NCBI RefSeq assembly: GCF_006345805.1
Contig: NW_021835529.1
Span: 1-39,764 of the forward strand
DNA from: Octopus sinensis
Lineage: Eukaryota
Direction: 5' to 3'
DNA length: 39,764 nucleotides
Below are positions 35,901 through 39,764 of this stretch, in pieces; within the stretch, counting starts at the first letter, position 1, and every line of letters starts with the position of its first letter. A program made the translations under genes and the position numbers. Below the pieces are notes generated by a model. That model saw only the letters and a program-made list of their open reading frames with translations. It was not told the DNA's origin and searched no databases.

Positions 35901-36170
35901 AGACCCTGGAAGATGTGGGATGAAATGGTGAGAAAGGATCTTTGGATGCTGGGCCTCATTGAGGAAGGGACAAGGGACTGGGAGATGTGGCAATTTGCTG
36001 CACTTGTCAAACTAAGTAAACTCAGTCTTCCACACATACAGGCTTGTCCTTTCACTTGTCAGTGAAACATGAAAAACACCCATGCCGGTGCTGTGCAAAT
36101 GCACCTGTGCTGGTGCTATGCGAATGCACCCATACGAGTGGCATGTAAAAAACACTCAGCACACTCTGTT
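35901..36170 (+). mobile_element. RTE LINE extreme 3' end plus UTR, decayed
   Basis: RPWKMWDEMVRKDLWMLGLIEEGTRDWEMWQFAALVK matches RP.KTW...V..DL..LGL......DR..W. Followed by short GGTGC..GCACC repeats. Confidence 0.7.
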
Positions 36171-36216
36171 GAGAAAAATTGAACAACCTAAAAAGAATTA
36201 ATACTTCTTTCATCAG

Positions 36217-36284
36217 AGCCATTTCTGGTTATGATCAGTAGACCAATTGAGTAAACCACTGGAGAATTGCTTGAAGAAATGCTG
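36217..36284 (+). other. Candidate exon (mostly 5'UTR; in-frame ATG at 36279)
   Basis: Acceptor ATACTTCTTTCATCAG|, donor CTG|GTATTG, 114-nt gap to the next candidate exon. Splice signals only; no homology. Confidence 0.25.
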
Positions 36285-36398
36285 GTATTGTTTTTGCTGT
36301 CTACAAAAAACTGCGCTTTTGCAGTGGATTTGAAAAGTTATAATGTCTAAACAAGAGGCACATGTTGGATTTGTCTTGTACTTGCATGTTTAATCTAG

Positions 36399-36480
36399 GT
36401 GTACCTGTTGATGAAGACTTCCCCTAGCAAATTATTTTATTTGCTAAAAATGTCAGAAACCATGGTCCTGGAAATAGATG
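36399..36480 (+). other. Candidate coding exon (82 nt; VYLLMKTSPSKLFYLLKMSETMVLEID, ends in phase 1)
   Basis: Acceptor TTGTCTTGTACTTGCATGTTTAATCTAG|G, donor ATG|GTAAAT, frame open from the first base, ATG at 36450. Protein not recognised. Confidence 0.3.
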
Positions 36481-36740
36481 GTAAATGTTTTTATTTTTCA
36501 TTCCCTTCAAGTTTTTATCCCTAATACTGGGTTGAACTTTAGCTGTTCCTTCTAGTGTGAAAGGAAGCCTATGAAGGATACCTCTTATATGTTTAAATGT
36601 ACACTGTATTTATATGAATAATATATAGTCGATTGACTAAAATTTTTCTACATACTAGGCTACAGGTAGTAAAAATTTCTAAAATCTTACCCTGATTTTG
36701 TTAAATATATATATATATACATATATATATATAATATATA

Positions 36741-36829
<89 letters not shown>

Positions 36830-37475
36830 GTGTATATATATATTTATGATATTTATTTAATGATGTGATAAGAATTATGAATATCAACAATCTGGCTCAC
36901 AGAAAATGTCCTAGTTTTGCCAACTGAGAAAAATATTCTTCAGTTAGTCCTTTCCAATGAAACCAAAACACATGCATTTCATATTTGTGCATGAGTGTGG
37001 TACATGTGTGTGTGGTACATGTGTGTGTGTATGTGCATGTGTGTGTGTATGTGCATGTGTGTGTGCATGTGTGTGCTAAAACAATGATTTGAATGAGTAT
37101 AAATGTGAAGTGTAATTAACAACATATTTCTGAGCCAAATAAATATAAGCACACCCTACATTATGTATTAAGTACTTTTCCTTGTGTTCATTTGAAACCA
37201 CATGCATATGCCCACATCACCTTACACATTGCTTCATGTGTGATTTTCCATGCTAGCAGGAGTTGGACAGCTTTCTTAAGGCAGTGCTTATTCAACTTCT
37301 TTCGGTTGAATAAGCAGCCAGACAAAATTTTGCAATCCCTGTCAAAATAATTCTATAAATTCAACTCTGCATTTAGTATTCAATTTGCTCATTAGTAATA
37401 CTTTTAGTTGTTATTCTTGGAATATTGAAAAAGATTTTGAAAAGCCCATAATTAGCACATACACACATGCATATA

Positions 37476-37509
<34 letters not shown>

Positions 37510-37677
37510 GATAGATAGATAGATAGATACATACATACATACATATACATACATACATATACATACACACACACACATAAGTATATGTACAAATACATAT
37601 ATATGTATATGAGCGTATGTGTTCTATACACATATATGTGGATCTATATGCATATATATAATAATGTGTATGTGTGC

Positions 37678-37727
<50 letters not shown>

Positions 37728-38184
37728 GCATGCATATATATACATACATATATACATATATATACACACACATATATATATGTATGTATATGTATACATT
37801 TGTACTGAAGGAGTAAGGAATGGAAGAATGAAGTGTTTAAGGAGTTTGCTGAAATTTAGGAAGAAGCGTTATTAAAATTAATGTCACATAATAAGATGGT
37901 GTTATAAAATAAAACAACCAAAAGAACTCACTACTAAACACATACAGACTCACACGTTCACAAACACACACACACACAAAAAAAAGACTGGTGTTATAAA
38001 AACAAATTTGATGTGTTAAAACAGCTAGTGTTATAAAATACTAGTGTTATATAGAAAAATGAATTATACAGATATAGTAATAGTAAAAACTATAAAAGAA
38101 GTAATAATCTAGCATTCTAAAATACAATTAAATAATAGTGTTTTTAAAATACATAAAACCAGAATGAACAACAAAAACAAGAAC

Positions 38185-38228
38185 AACAACAATAACAATA
38201 ATGATGATAATGAAGGATAATGATGATG

Positions 38229-38280
<52 letters not shown>

Positions 38281-38333
38281 TGATGATGATAATAATAATA
38301 ATAATAATAATAACAACAATAATAATAATAATG

Positions 38334-38383
<50 letters not shown>

Positions 38384-38420
38384 TATAATAATGATGATGA
38401 TGATGGTGATGGTGATGATC
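38185..38420. repeat. (AAT/GAT/AAC)n microsatellite
   Basis: Direct reading. Confidence 0.95.
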
Positions 38421-39764
38421 TTCTGCTACAACACCCAATTGCATATTATTTTTTAAGTCTTTTTTTTTTGTATTTTAATAATTTACAAGGAAGATATTAT
38501 CATCATCACCATCATCATTGTTCATTGTTATCATCATTATTATTCTCTTCATCCATTCATTCTTCTTCTTCTTCTTCTCCTCCTCCCCCCTCCCCTTCTT
38601 CTTCTTCTATTTTTATTGTTATTATTATTCATCTTATTTTTATTATTACTATTAGTTTTATTACTTCTTTGATTATTTTTATTTCAATATTTATTTTTTT
38701 AAATTTTCATTATATTTTTCTCACTTTGCTTTATACATTTTTTTTCTTTTATTACAGGATTTTCTATTTTTTATTTTAGAATTTTCTATTTTTTATTCCA
38801 GAATTTTTTATTTTTTATTCACTTCATTATCATTATCTTTTTTTTTTTTAGAATTATCTGCTTTTTTTGTTATTTTTTCAATCTATTTTTTTGTATTCTT
38901 TTAATTTTTAAACACCAACAAAAAAATAATAAAGAGTTTCGCATTACATTTTTTTATAGTTTCTTCATATTTTGATAATCTTTTTCACATGTTTTGTAAA
39001 TATTACAAAAAGTCTTTTATACAAATTTATATTTTTCAATTTTTTCTAATGCATCCTTTTTGTTATTTCTTCAAATTTTGTTGTTATTGTTGCAAATGCT
39101 TTTTTATTGTGTATATTTTTTGTTTATTTTATATTATGCTGGGTTTATCCAATGAACGCAGGATTGCTTTAAGATTAATTATTTTGTGTTTAGTTGATTT
39201 TTTATTGTTGTTATTGTTGCTGTTTTTTCTTGTTTTCTTTAATTTTTTAGTATTTTTGTTAAATTTTTTTTCATTCTTTTCTCACTTTGTTTTCTTTATT
39301 TTTTCTCCAAATGGAACTAGGGTGAGATTTTAATGTTGTCGCAAATTAACTTGTATGCACAAATATGGACAAACACATTTGCACACACACTAACATGTAC
39401 ACACGTACACACATACACACACACACACAAAGAAACATACACATATATAATGTAATCAAATGCATAAACATGTAGATGCTCCTTACATTCATGTATATGT
39501 GTGTGTGTATTTATATATATATATATATATATGTTTATATACATACACATACATACACAAATACACGTATATATGCACAAGTAAACATAAATATATGAAC
39601 ATACACACCTACAGATATATGCATACTATATCCAGATACATGCACGTTGGTAGCAACATATGTATGTATGTGTATGTATATATATGTATGTGTGTGTGTG
39701 TACTGTTGTGTATGTATATATTTATATATATATATATGTACATACATATAGCAATTATTGCAGC

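Noticed and set aside
38989-39333. Hydrophobic 114-aa ORF as a membrane protein or NUMT
   Set aside because: Explained by T-richness; no recognisable mitochondrial motif.

Overview
AT-rich eukaryotic DNA, intergenic or intronic, saturated with microsatellites, SINEs and transposon relics. The SINE families and repeat load best fit an octopus/coleoid cephalopod genome (inference from recalled repeat families, not a database result). I find no intact protein-coding gene, rRNA, tRNA gene or CRISPR array, and nearly all ORFs in the supplied track are microsatellite read-throughs. Protein-level relics that can be supported: a mariner C-terminus (4137-4490), RTE-clade LINE ends, a 5'-truncated R4/Dong restriction-like endonuclease embedded in (TAA)n (11582-12262), an L1/Tx1-like relic, two DD37D (maT-like) transposase relics and a Penelope-like RT fragment. 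Also present: a 1220-bp solo LTR with a 4-bp TSD, a 264-bp hAT MITE with an 8-bp TSD, and many tRNA-derived SINEs of about four families. The most interesting signals are insertion architectures: (1) an RTE LINE with full twin-priming geometry (12768-13211); (2) three paired-inverted-copy modules inside one SINE, one pair bracketing 179 bp of older DNA (8955-9891); (3) a SINE heterodimer inside one 14-bp TSD; (4) a ~550-bp non-coding element embedded in (TAA)n near the Dong relic. Two low-confidence + strand exons (36217-36284, 36399-36480) may be the 5' end of a host gene. I see no evidence for a new protein-coding system.
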